The notes below the pieces were generated by a model. It was not told where the DNA came from. It was given only the letters and a program-made list of their open reading frames with translations, and searched no databases. From Candidatus Amesbacteria bacterium RIFCSPLOWO2_01_FULL_49_25 (lineage in GTDB: Bacteria; Patescibacteriota; Microgenomatia; CAZETR01; Amesbacteraceae): DNA of 64,000 bases. This document shows positions 21,987 to 31,072 of this stretch, piece after piece. Where the stretch lies: positions 5,073-69,072 of the forward strand of contig MEXP01000009.1 of the NCBI GenBank assembly GCA_001773725.1. The letters are read 5' to 3'. The translations under genes and the position numbers were made by a program. Each line of letters starts with the position of its first letter. Within the stretch, counting starts at the first letter, position 1.

Positions 21987-23653
21987 TAATTTGAGACTAT
22001 TTTAAAGGCGGGCTGGTCATTTGGGAAATAAAAGGTTTTGACGATGTTGACCCCGACAGAAGGTATATCTTCGGGAGCGGCAACTATAAGTGTGGAGTGG
22101 ATATCGCGAACTTTTTCCCAAGGGGCCGATTCGAAGTGAAATTTGTCAAAATCGCGGACGGTGGAAAAATTGAATTTATCTCGGAACGTCAATTGGTGAC
22201 GATCCTGAAATTTTTGGGGTGGATACTGGGAATAAAACAAAAATAAGATATAGGGTTGATCGTATTTATCGGTCACCCATATTTGGGAGTAGCGATTCTG
22301 AACCGATTGGACATAAGATACCAGTTCCTTAAAGCCGTTTTCCCAGGCGGCAGGGTATGTTTGAGGATAATGGACATAGTATTGGTGTAAATACCTTTTA
22401 AATTGCCAAATATAAATAGTAATTAAAATAATTAACAACGAAGAAAAAACAATTTTATTAGAACCTCTCGCCAATTGCAGGAAAAAATATAATCCTGAGG
22501 AAGTAATAATAGTCATGGGAATAACCAGGTTTTGAGCACGCAGGGCATTGGGGGTTTGGAAGGTCATAGCTGAGGCTATGGGAGCTATCAATAGCCATAA
22601 CCAGATGGTAGCTTGTAGCTTATAGCTTTTAGAGTTTAGAACGTAATAGATTCCTAGGGCAAAAAAGATAAAGTCGGTGAGATAAAAGAGGCCGGTTTCG
22701 GGGATGCGATTGCGTTCTATCATGTCGCCGTTTACAAACAGGAAATTGCCATCGAAATGGTCGGTGTAATTTTTGACGAACTGAATAACATAAATAACCG
22801 GGCGGTTGTGAAGCAGACGTGACAGAAGCGAGTTCCAATCGGAATGCTGGCCGCGAAGTTGTTCGACACGACGCAAAGGACCCTCGTCTGCAAGGAGACC
22901 GACACCGGATAGTCGGGAAGAAGCGTCGCTACTTGCAAGTGAAAGTATGAGAGGAGCTAATAACAATAGCAGCAGTAGAAAATTGGTGACTATTTGTTTG
23001 GGATACTTTAGTAATGTTTTGAAGTAAAGAATTGCCAATCCCAAACCAAGAAGTGGGGCTATGACGCGGGTAGATTGGTAAAAGTACATGGACAATACGA
23101 AGTTCAAACTACTTAGGCTTAGAGAAATCAACTCTCTATTTTTTAGCCATTTGACGAAAAAGAGGATGCCCAGAAGTAATAGGGTGGTGGAGACATTGAC
23201 TTCCCAAGCGCCTCGAGAGAAGTGCAAGTGCCATGGCGAGATAGCTAACATAAATGCGACGATTTCTTCAATCCTCAAATTCTGAATCCCAAATCTCAAA
23301 TAATTTTCAAAATTCAAATTTGCGAAGATTTCTTTGGTGAGCATATACACTAGAAATACAGCAGTTACTCCGAATAGTGCTGAAGGCAGGCGGATGGCGA
23401 ATTCTGTGAGGCCGAAAACTTTAACAAAAGGGATAAGGAGATATGAGTACCCGGCGGGTTTGAAGTCACCGAAAGATTCCAGATTGACGGGCAAGATGTG
23501 GCCATGTTCGTCCTTGCCGGTTAAAAGAAGTGAGTAGGCGTTGTAGCCTAAGGCGGCTTCGTCTGCATTTAACCCCGATGGAAAAAACGAAATTTTATGC
23601 AGCCGCAGAATTGCGGCCAGAATTAATAATAAAACGAGTAAATATTTTTTCAT
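21986..23653 (-). CDS. GT-C-fold membrane glycosyltransferase, PMT_2/ArnT-like (family A)
   Basis: N-terminal TM then 'GLNADEAALGYNAYSLLLTGKDEHGHILPV...FGLTEFAIRLPSALFG' (DE loop motif of GT39/GT83 enzymes), ~11-13 TM, C-terminal soluble domain. Confidence 0.8.
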   Translation of the reverse strand: MKKYLLVLLLILAAILRLHKISFFPSGLNADEAALGYNAYSLLLTGKDEHGHILPVNLESFGDFKPAGYSYLLIPFVKVFGLTEFAIRLPSALFGVTAVFLVYMLTKEIFANLNFENYLRFGIQNLRIEEIVAFMLAISPWHLHFSRGAWEVNVSTTLLLLGILFFVKWLKNRELISLSLSSLNFVLSMYFYQSTRVIAPLLGLGLAILYFKTLLKYPKQIVTNFLLLLLLLAPLILSLASSDASSRLSGVGLLADEGPLRRVEQLRGQHSDWNSLLSRLLHNRPVIYVIQFVKNYTDHFDGNFLFVNGDMIERNRIPETGLFYLTDFIFFALGIYYVLNSKSYKLQATIWLWLLIAPIASAMTFQTPNALRAQNLVIPMTIITSSGLYFFLQLARGSNKIVFSSLLIILITIYIWQFKRYLHQYYVHYPQTYPAAWENGFKELVSYVQSVQNRYSQIWVTDKYDQPYILFLFYSQYPPQKFQDRHQLTFRDKFNFSTVRDFDKFHFESAPWEKVRDIHSTLIVAAPEDIPSVGVNIVKTFYFPNDQPAFKIVSN

Positions 23654-25233
23654 CGAAGTCCGACCGCACGCAAGGCGATTTGGCCATTGGGAAAATTAAT
23701 ATCGGCAAATCTTTCTATGCCTGGAATGTTTAAATCCTTCTCTGGCAGTTCGTACTGGCCACCGATAAAAAGAGTTGAGGTAAGCCCCCGGTCGGAAGGC
23801 CAATAAATGGGGCGGAATTCAAATCTGTCCAAGCGACTGACACTTCCGACGTCTCTTTGAGGATTGGCTTGAAACTTATTTTGAGATTGATATATTTTCG
23901 GGTCGATGCGCAGGTAGAAAAGAGTAAAAATATACGGTTGACCATATTGGGAAGTAAAAATGATTTTTTGATAGCGGGAATAATTATCGGCTGCCAACTT
24001 GAGCGCGGGTTTATAAGGAGATAGCCAGTCTGAGGCAAAGTAGTGGGGATAATGGACGAAGTAAAGGTCGAGGAGGTAAAGAAGAAAGAATAAAAGAACG
24101 GGAAAGTATAAGAATATAAGCAGTTTTTTTGACAATATCTTAGAGAGACCAAGTCCAGAGATGATGATTAATGGGATTATCATGGGTAAAGAGCGGACGC
24201 CGGAGACTATGTCCCGGGAAAGGGCGGAGGGAAGCGGAGCCAGGAGCAACCAGGCTAAGATGAGCCTGGAAAGAGGTGACTGAGATTTGAGAAGAAGAAT
24301 TATACCTATGAAGAGGGTTATTACTTCGGGAAGGTGGAGATAACCGTAATAAGGAGTGGAATGTCGTGGATTGGACCAGTCACCATTGATAAATAAAAAT
24401 TGGGACGAAAAGTGATTTAGATAACGTTGGGCTATTCCCCTGCCCTGATCCAGTAGTTCCGAATGAAATAAATAGTAGGAAAGATTTTTGGTGGGAGAGT
24501 TGTCTTGACGCATTATTTCGCTGACAACCGCATCGGGGCGAGTATAACCGAAGACGCTGAAAACCTTGAGGCGGCCAGACTCGGTCCCGATTTTTAGCAA
24601 TATTGGAAGCAGGATGAAAAGTATAACTAGAAAAGGTTTAATTAAGTTTTTCAATATCGGTCTGTAAATGAAAAGAAGGCTAATTATTAAAAGTGGGGTA
24701 AAAAGTTTGGCTCCCTGATAGGCCCAAAATGTCAAACCAAAAAACAATGACGAGGAGTAATTTTTTTTCTTTAGAAATAAAAGCACTGCCAGGGAGGTGA
24801 GAAGTAAGGATAAGTTTGCTTCCCAAGCCCCACGGGAAAAATGAATGGCCCAGGGGTTAATGGCTATCATCAGCGCTGATGAAAGAGAAAATGCCTTACC
24901 TTTCTGGATTTTAACAAGCAAGTAAATAACAGGGATTAGCAATGTTCCAAAAATAGCCGAGGGGAGGCGGGTGGCAAATTCGGTAAGACCTAAAACTTTT
25001 ATAATTGGGGTGGTAAAGTAAATGTATAAGCCCGGCTTATAATCACCGAACGATTTGAAGACGATAGGCATCACTTGGGAGTGTTCATCCCGTCCAGTCT
25101 TGAGTATTGAATATGCGTTGTATCCCAGGGCGGCTTCGTCCCAGGTAAATCCCAGTGGTCTGGAGTCCAGCCTGTGAATCCGCAAAAAAAGTCCAAAAAT
25201 TATAATGGGCAATAATATGATCAGCGGCTTCAT
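23650..25233 (-). CDS. GT-C-fold membrane glycosyltransferase, PMT_2/ArnT-like (family A)
   Basis: 'GFTWDEAALGYNAYSILKTGRDEHSQVMPI...FGLTEFATRLPSAIFG'; ATGA overlap with both neighbours. Confidence 0.8.
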   Translation of the reverse strand: MKPLIILLPIIIFGLFLRIHRLDSRPLGFTWDEAALGYNAYSILKTGRDEHSQVMPIVFKSFGDYKPGLYIYFTTPIIKVLGLTEFATRLPSAIFGTLLIPVIYLLVKIQKGKAFSLSSALMIAINPWAIHFSRGAWEANLSLLLTSLAVLLFLKKKNYSSSLFFGLTFWAYQGAKLFTPLLIISLLFIYRPILKNLIKPFLVILFILLPILLKIGTESGRLKVFSVFGYTRPDAVVSEIMRQDNSPTKNLSYYLFHSELLDQGRGIAQRYLNHFSSQFLFINGDWSNPRHSTPYYGYLHLPEVITLFIGIILLLKSQSPLSRLILAWLLLAPLPSALSRDIVSGVRSLPMIIPLIIISGLGLSKILSKKLLIFLYFPVLLFFLLYLLDLYFVHYPHYFASDWLSPYKPALKLAADNYSRYQKIIFTSQYGQPYIFTLFYLRIDPKIYQSQNKFQANPQRDVGSVSRLDRFEFRPIYWPSDRGLTSTLFIGGQYELPEKDLNIPGIERFADINFPNGQIALRAVGLR

Positions 25234-26777
25234 AGTTCCTTAATAATGAATGCGGGTTTGGAGTCAAGGAAATTGATGCGGGTAAGGACGGTGCCGGGAG
25301 TTTCGTTGTCGGGGCTGGAAATTACCAGATACTTAGGCCCTATCGGTAAAGATGCCACTGCTTGGGACATTTCCCAATCATTGACGAATTTTATTTTGTC
25401 CAGTTTATTAACCCAATACCAGTTGTCGTGAAAATCCCAATTTTTTGATTTGGAGAAATTAGCGGGTTCCCATGGCCAATAGAAAGCAACAAACTCATGG
25501 GGTTCTCCATAGCGCTTAGTGAAAACGATTTGGTCGTATTGACTATAGTGATCTTTGACAAATTGAACGGCCTCTTTGTAGCCATACTGCCAGGCCCATG
25601 AATAGCGGGTTTGGTAGTTTGCAGATACGGGATTGATGTAATACTCGAGGCTAAGCAACAGAATAACTGGAAGAGCTATTTGCAAAACGTTGAATTTTTT
25701 GGCCGCTGTCCAAATTCCCATCGAGGTTACCACTATGGTGGCGGGAAGCATGGTTATGGCGCGAAGAACATGGGGCGAATCGCGAGTGAGAGAGCCGGGA
25801 ATGGGGGCTAAGAGAAGCCACACGATTATCAATTTGAAATTTGATTTTTTAAATTTGAAAAGCAGTGCGATTAAGCCCAGGTAAAAAAAGGGTAGGGCAA
25901 CCAAGTAAAGCAGACCATAGTTGGGAATGCTGAATTGGTAGTGAGAACCGCCGGAAATAAATAAGAATTTAGGGTTGAAATGATTTAGATAATTAACAGA
26001 GAAACGATAGGCCAAATAGGTAGCTTTGTTGTAAAGAAGGCGACCCCCGGGTCGACTTCGCAGCTGATTAATTTGGACGGTTGCTCCTTCATCCAAAAGA
26101 GTCAGCCACTTAAACCTAGCTTGGCCGGACGGGGAAAGAAGCTGAATGAAAACCGGGATGAATAGTAAAAGTGTAACTGCGACCGTAAGAAAGTTAATTT
26201 TGACATTTTTTCGATTAAGCAATAAATAAGAAAACAAGAATAAGGGTGTAAAAATGCGAAAACTATTGTAGGTCCAGGCAGAGAGACCTAAAAGGAAAAT
26301 CCCTAAAAACAAGCGGCGATAAAGAAGCAGGGTGGCCCCGAGGGTAAATAGAAGTATAGCTAAATTTGCCTCAACGGCAACACGAGACAAAAACAGCGGC
26401 CAAGGGGAAATTGCGACGAGCAGGGCAGTAAGGATAGCCATAAAACGAGAAGAGACCCGGCGAGAAAGAAGGTAAACTGCGGCTATCATAAGAATGCCGG
26501 AAACTATGGATGGGAAGCGAACTCCGAGTGGGTTGAGACCGAATATTGAAATGGAGGGAATGGCAGAATAAATATATCCAGGGAGTTTGAAGTCTCCGTA
26601 GGCACGAAAAATTGTGGGCAGAATAGACCCCCACTCGTCCCGGCCTGTTTTGAGAAGAGAATAAGCGTTGTAGCCTAAAGAGACCTCGTCCCAATTAAGA
26701 CTGGGGGGGAACTGGTAAATATAAATGAGACGAAAAAACGCTCCCAGTAAAATCAACAGGATTAAGTGCCTAGGCAC
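25230..26777 (-). CDS. GT-C-fold membrane glycosyltransferase, PMT_2/ArnT-like (family A)
   Basis: 'SLNWDEVSLGYNAYSLLKTGRDEWGSILPT...FGLNPLGVRFPSIVSG'. Confidence 0.8.
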   Translation of the reverse strand: MPRHLILLILLGAFFRLIYIYQFPPSLNWDEVSLGYNAYSLLKTGRDEWGSILPTIFRAYGDFKLPGYIYSAIPSISIFGLNPLGVRFPSIVSGILMIAAVYLLSRRVSSRFMAILTALLVAISPWPLFLSRVAVEANLAILLFTLGATLLLYRRLFLGIFLLGLSAWTYNSFRIFTPLFLFSYLLLNRKNVKINFLTVAVTLLLFIPVFIQLLSPSGQARFKWLTLLDEGATVQINQLRSRPGGRLLYNKATYLAYRFSVNYLNHFNPKFLFISGGSHYQFSIPNYGLLYLVALPFFYLGLIALLFKFKKSNFKLIIVWLLLAPIPGSLTRDSPHVLRAITMLPATIVVTSMGIWTAAKKFNVLQIALPVILLLSLEYYINPVSANYQTRYSWAWQYGYKEAVQFVKDHYSQYDQIVFTKRYGEPHEFVAFYWPWEPANFSKSKNWDFHDNWYWVNKLDKIKFVNDWEMSQAVASLPIGPKYLVISSPDNETPGTVLTRINFLDSKPAFIIKEL

Positions 26778-28365
26778 GGTATTTTTTTTTGGCGAGAATT
26801 AACCAAGAACCTGCGCTTAGTAATGTAAGTGAAGATACCAGATTGCCCATGAGCCTGACAAAGGAATCTTTAAATTCCAGTCGGATATCGTGCCAGCCTT
26901 GAGGCACGTCTAATGCAATTAGGCCAGTCTCAGGCTGGATGAGGACTTTTTGTTCTATTCCGTCGACTATTGATGTCCAACCCGGGAAAAAAACTTGAGG
27001 GAATATAGTAAGAGCAGACTGTGATTGAATGAACAAACGGTAGTTTCCACTGTGAGCTGAAAAGTGAGCTATAGATACAAAACCATCTCCCGCACTTATG
27101 GAGGGGAGCGATGGGGCAAAGGATTGGGGAAGACGAGGGGCGGATTTGGGCCAAAAGTCTGAAAGGGCAGATGACCGCTGTTCATCCCAAAGTTTGCCTG
27201 AGAAGTACTGGGTGTCGTTGAGATTCAGCCAAATATCTGGGCCAAAAAAATTGGCGCTGAGTAACAACAGAAAAGTAGATGAGAAGATAAGTGTAAGTTT
27301 GGGAGAGAAAAGTTTGGTGAGAACACCGGCTGTAAGAGATAAAAAGAAGGTTGACATGGAGAGAAACCGCCAGGGAAATTGGACAAAAGGCAGGCCAGGT
27401 ATAATTTTCCAAAACACCTCAGATTTACCGTGGGTGAGAAATAACGCGATCAGGGCCAGAATAACGAATAATGAAGTGGGAATTATGTGTTTTTTTGACT
27501 TTTTGACGAGAAAAGCGAAGGGTACCACTACTAGAGCAATTATCCAGTGGAGGTGGCCAATTGAGAAACTCATGGTGTCGTTGGGCCCCCAGTTGGAGCC
27601 GCCGTAGCCCCAGAAGCGGGAAAGAAAAAGCTGACTTAAAGTCGTCCAATGAAGACTATAATCGTAATAACCGGCGGTAGTTTGGGTGAGAGTTACCAAG
27701 TTACTTTCAAAAATTACCGGTAAAAGATAAAAAGAACTCAAGACCAGAGATAATAAGCCGGCAGGGATAAATTTCCAGTCCCAGCTTCTAACCAGCCACC
27801 ATATACCCATAAATGGCAGAAACATAAATAATGAGAGGTTGTGGGTGATAAGGAGAAGAAATAGAGAGAAGGAAAAGAGAAGGTATTTTTTCTTTTCGAT
27901 AAATAACAGAATGAGAGGGAAAAATACGAAGGACAACGCTTCCGGGAGAGCACCTCTTACCCAGACGTCGACTGCCCGGTATGGGGCGTATGTGTAAAAC
28001 AAAGCGCTAACAAGGGCTCCATCACTCCCCCAGAATTCTTTTGCCAATAAGTACATGGAGATGCCTGACAAGACTAATGAAAGAATGAAAACTGATTTGA
28101 CACTGTCTAGGACGGGGAAACCGGAAAGGCGGAAGATTGTTCCCAGCCAATAGGGGAGTTGGCCATAGTAGTTGAAGAGGGGCTCGCCGTAGCCTAGACC
28201 TGCGTCCGGAGCCCAGCGGCAAGGAAAAATACCTTCGGCAGTACATTTATCGAATTCGTACTGGCGAAAGACATGAAAGTCATGCATGGTATAAATCCCC
28301 GGCCGGAGCATGAGCGCGAACGCCGGAATTGTGAGAATGATCAGGAGGAGGATTTTTTTGGCCAT
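26770..28365 (-). CDS. Polytopic membrane protein family D (YfhO/PTPS-related-like GT-C candidate)
   Basis: 'MHDFHVFRQYEFDKCTAEGIFPCRWAPDAGLGYGEPLFNYYGQLPY', 13+ TM; paralog of 52415-54061; start re-set to MAKKILL (28365). Confidence 0.5.
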   Translation of the reverse strand: MAKKILLLIILTIPAFALMLRPGIYTMHDFHVFRQYEFDKCTAEGIFPCRWAPDAGLGYGEPLFNYYGQLPYWLGTIFRLSGFPVLDSVKSVFILSLVLSGISMYLLAKEFWGSDGALVSALFYTYAPYRAVDVWVRGALPEALSFVFFPLILLFIEKKKYLLFSFSLFLLLITHNLSLFMFLPFMGIWWLVRSWDWKFIPAGLLSLVLSSFYLLPVIFESNLVTLTQTTAGYYDYSLHWTTLSQLFLSRFWGYGGSNWGPNDTMSFSIGHLHWIIALVVVPFAFLVKKSKKHIIPTSLFVILALIALFLTHGKSEVFWKIIPGLPFVQFPWRFLSMSTFFLSLTAGVLTKLFSPKLTLIFSSTFLLLLSANFFGPDIWLNLNDTQYFSGKLWDEQRSSALSDFWPKSAPRLPQSFAPSLPSISAGDGFVSIAHFSAHSGNYRLFIQSQSALTIFPQVFFPGWTSIVDGIEQKVLIQPETGLIALDVPQGWHDIRLEFKDSFVRLMGNLVSSLTLLSAGSWLILAKKKYRA

Positions 28366-29573
28366 AGGGTGAACCAGGTAAATAAATTGATGACGCTTAG
28401 GGCTTTGGTGAAAATGGGAGTGTAAAGGGCGATGGCGAAGGGCATGGTTGGAGCGAACCACATGTTGTATTGATTGGCCAAAAAGGTAAAGGACAGAACG
28501 GCGTATTGAATCCAGATTTTGCGGCCGATAACTATTAGCCAGGACATAAGGGGAAACAGGGGGTACATGTAGCGCTCGTGCATACGAACGGAAAAGAGAA
28601 AGAAACCAAAGTAGACGATCAGTAATTGACTGACTAAATTATGCTCAGAGGGGTTTTTCCAAATGGATCGAAGAGTAACTGCAAATATCAATAACAATAG
28701 GAACACTGAAATTATATTGGCGGGGATGGTGAGAAAGAGCGAGGTGTCAGGAACTAGATCTATAGGGAAGAAGACGTGCCAGAAATTGAAGGCGTTGACG
28801 GTGATAAATGGTGATTCTCCCGGCAAGATCCGATTCAAATAGAGTTTGGTTAGCCAAAACGGAAGATCGAGTCTGGGATGGAAGGGAAAAAATAACAGTA
28901 ACGAGGACGCGCCGACCGACGCCAGATAAGTCCAGAAGTTTTTAGGAAATTTCCTGATTGCATAAATTGTGAATACTATTAAGGCTGGAGACCATGAAGC
29001 TTTGGTGACGAGTGAAGTCCCCAACAGAAATCCGGAAAGGACCAGGCGTTTTTCGAAGAGAAAGATCAGGCTCCAAACGGCCAAGGCGGCGACGATACAA
29101 TCGTTTTGCCCCCAAAGAGCGGAGTTGTACCACAAAGGAGGGTTAAGCAAATAGACTAAGCCGACTAGCTGGGAAACCTTGCTGGATTTACCAATTTTGA
29201 TAATAGCGGCAAAAAGAGCTATGTCCCCTAAAACGGAGGGCAGCTTGAGGCTGACTACGTCACCCCATCTTTGCCACCACCAAACTAATGTCGAGGGGAA
29301 AAAGGGGATTTTCAAATTGAGCTGCCAGAATAATTTGTTACCAAAGTCGTTGAGCTGATATGAAAGTGTATAAAGATAAACACTGCCGGCTGGTTGGTTG
29401 GGGCGGCTCTGAGGCCAGAAAACGGATCGCGGTAAATCATAAAAATCGACAAGGCCGAGTTTGGAGGCATTCCCGGCCCAATTCCAGCCGTTATGCAAAT
29501 CACCGTGTTTAGTGAATGTCGACACCCACAATCGCCAAGCAATTAACAAGACAATGAGAATTTTATATTTCAT
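28341..29573 (-). CDS. Polytopic membrane protein family E (unknown; possible GT-C)
   Basis: 'FTKHGDLHNGWNWAGNAS' loop after TM1, ~10 TM; shares 'FT[SK]H[PG]D' loop with 40769-41932. Confidence 0.4.
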   Translation of the reverse strand: MKYKILIVLLIAWRLWVSTFTKHGDLHNGWNWAGNASKLGLVDFYDLPRSVFWPQSRPNQPAGSVYLYTLSYQLNDFGNKLFWQLNLKIPFFPSTLVWWWQRWGDVVSLKLPSVLGDIALFAAIIKIGKSSKVSQLVGLVYLLNPPLWYNSALWGQNDCIVAALAVWSLIFLFEKRLVLSGFLLGTSLVTKASWSPALIVFTIYAIRKFPKNFWTYLASVGASSLLLFFPFHPRLDLPFWLTKLYLNRILPGESPFITVNAFNFWHVFFPIDLVPDTSLFLTIPANIISVFLLLLIFAVTLRSIWKNPSEHNLVSQLLIVYFGFFLFSVRMHERYMYPLFPLMSWLIVIGRKIWIQYAVLSFTFLANQYNMWFAPTMPFAIALYTPIFTKALSVINLFTWFTLWPKKSSS

Positions 29574-31072
29574 CTGGGATTGATGACAGCAAAGCGATAA
29601 TCGGCCAAGTCAAATAAGATATGCTGGCTGGCGGGAAAATCTCCAAAACTACTGACTAACAAGGCGTTTTGTAACTTACCTTCCCGTTCCCAATGAAAAT
29701 CGTGAAACTCATATTTGCCCAAATTCCAGCTTTCCAACTGGTCGACGTATAATTTGTCTGCTTTTTCGTAACGTCTCCAGTCCTGTGAGTACTTTTGAAA
29801 ATCGGCCGGATCCCATTTGCTGTAAAAAGCTACAAAGATATGGGGAACAGTAAAGACGCGGGAAAAGTGAACGGAGTCGTATTTATCGGCCAGAGAAATG
29901 GCCTTGGTGAAGGCTTCTTTATAATTTACCCTTTGACTGTAGATCGGGTTTTTGGGGAGTTTGATCAGATATGTGTGGAGATAAAAACCAAATGAAGCCG
30001 CCAAAGCGAGCAGGAAGAGTTTTTGAAAGCGCAGGTTTGACAGGCCATAAGCAGACAGGAAGATGGGTAGAGGAAAGATTGCAATGGCCCGTTGGGCGTT
30101 TGAACTTTCGGTCAAGGCGGCGGGGACCGGGGCCAGCAGCGCCCAAAGCAAAAGGTAAGGCGATGGTTTGCCGCGGAGTATTAAAACGAGGCCCAATAAA
30201 ATGAATATTATTTCCAGGGGAAAGTGTAAGGGCATTCCGGGAAAGTTGAGGTGGGAAAAATCAGGCCGGTGACCGGTAAAGTAGAAGATGGGGGAAAAGT
30301 AAGATAGATAGTTGGTAAAAAACTGATCGGCATAAAAAACGTATTTATTGTCAAATAAAGTTGGAGGGGAATTTCGGTTGGTCAGATAATTTAAAGTGTT
30401 GGCTGAAGAAAAGATACCGACGTCGCTGGCGCGTACAAGAACTGCTTTGAGGTTAATGACTAAAGGTAGCAAGGCTAAAACAAATATCAAAAAAGCCGGT
30501 TTGAGTTGTCTGAGATAGACGATTATGCTTGCGACAAAAAAGACAGTAAAAATACGCCAGGAATGGTAAGTATACAGATTGATGCCCCAAACTAAAAAGG
30601 CCGGCCAGTAGCGTTTTTTTATAAACAAGTATAGACCGAGGGGGAAAAGTAATACCCCCAGTCCGCCTTCCCAGGCATTTCGGGATAGTTGGACATGCCA
30701 GGGGGAAATACTCATAAGCAGAGCGGCCAAAAAGGCCGTTTTTTGAGAAAATAATTCTTTGGCCAGAAGATAAACGACCAATATTGATAAGGTTCCCGCT
30801 ATCGCGGCCGGGAGGCGGACGGCGAACTCGTTTAACCCGAAGACGGCAACTGAAGGAATAGCGGCGTACATGTATAGAGGGGGTTTGAAATCACCAAATC
30901 CGCGAGGGAAGAGGGGGAAAAACTGACTCCAACTATCCCGTCCAGTTTTGAGGATCGAGTAGGCATCGTAGCCCTGACCGGCCTCATCGGCGGTGAATCC
31001 AGCCGGAAACTTATCCAACCAAAAAACTCTGAGAATTAGGCCTAAAAGGAGAACGAGAAGAAGGCGTTTCAT
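29570..31072 (-). CDS. GT-C-fold membrane glycosyltransferase, PMT_2/ArnT-like (family A)
   Basis: 'GFTADEAGQGYDAYSILKTGRDSWSQFFPL...FGLNEFAVRLPAAIAG'. Confidence 0.8.
   Translation of the reverse strand: MKRLLLVLLLGLILRVFWLDKFPAGFTADEAGQGYDAYSILKTGRDSWSQFFPLFPRGFGDFKPPLYMYAAIPSVAVFGLNEFAVRLPAAIAGTLSILVVYLLAKELFSQKTAFLAALLMSISPWHVQLSRNAWEGGLGVLLFPLGLYLFIKKRYWPAFLVWGINLYTYHSWRIFTVFFVASIIVYLRQLKPAFLIFVLALLPLVINLKAVLVRASDVGIFSSANTLNYLTNRNSPPTLFDNKYVFYADQFFTNYLSYFSPIFYFTGHRPDFSHLNFPGMPLHFPLEIIFILLGLVLILRGKPSPYLLLWALLAPVPAALTESSNAQRAIAIFPLPIFLSAYGLSNLRFQKLFLLALAASFGFYLHTYLIKLPKNPIYSQRVNYKEAFTKAISLADKYDSVHFSRVFTVPHIFVAFYSKWDPADFQKYSQDWRRYEKADKLYVDQLESWNLGKYEFHDFHWEREGKLQNALLVSSFGDFPASQHILFDLADYRFAVINPR

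Noticed and set aside
23730-24152. 140-aa alternate-frame ORF inside family A gene 23650-25233
   Set aside because: Same strand but a different frame from a strongly supported paralog gene. Low-complexity Ser/Phe-rich translation.
27098-27607. 169-aa plus-strand ORF antisense to the family D gene, and similar antisense ORFs (32801-33256, 37720-38235, 44770-45150, 47478-47924, 53445-53939, 54584-54967)
   Set aside because: All lie inside, or antisense to, genes with clear family motifs. Translations are Arg/Ser/Pro-rich with no recognisable domains. These are expected by-products of GC-moderate coding DNA.
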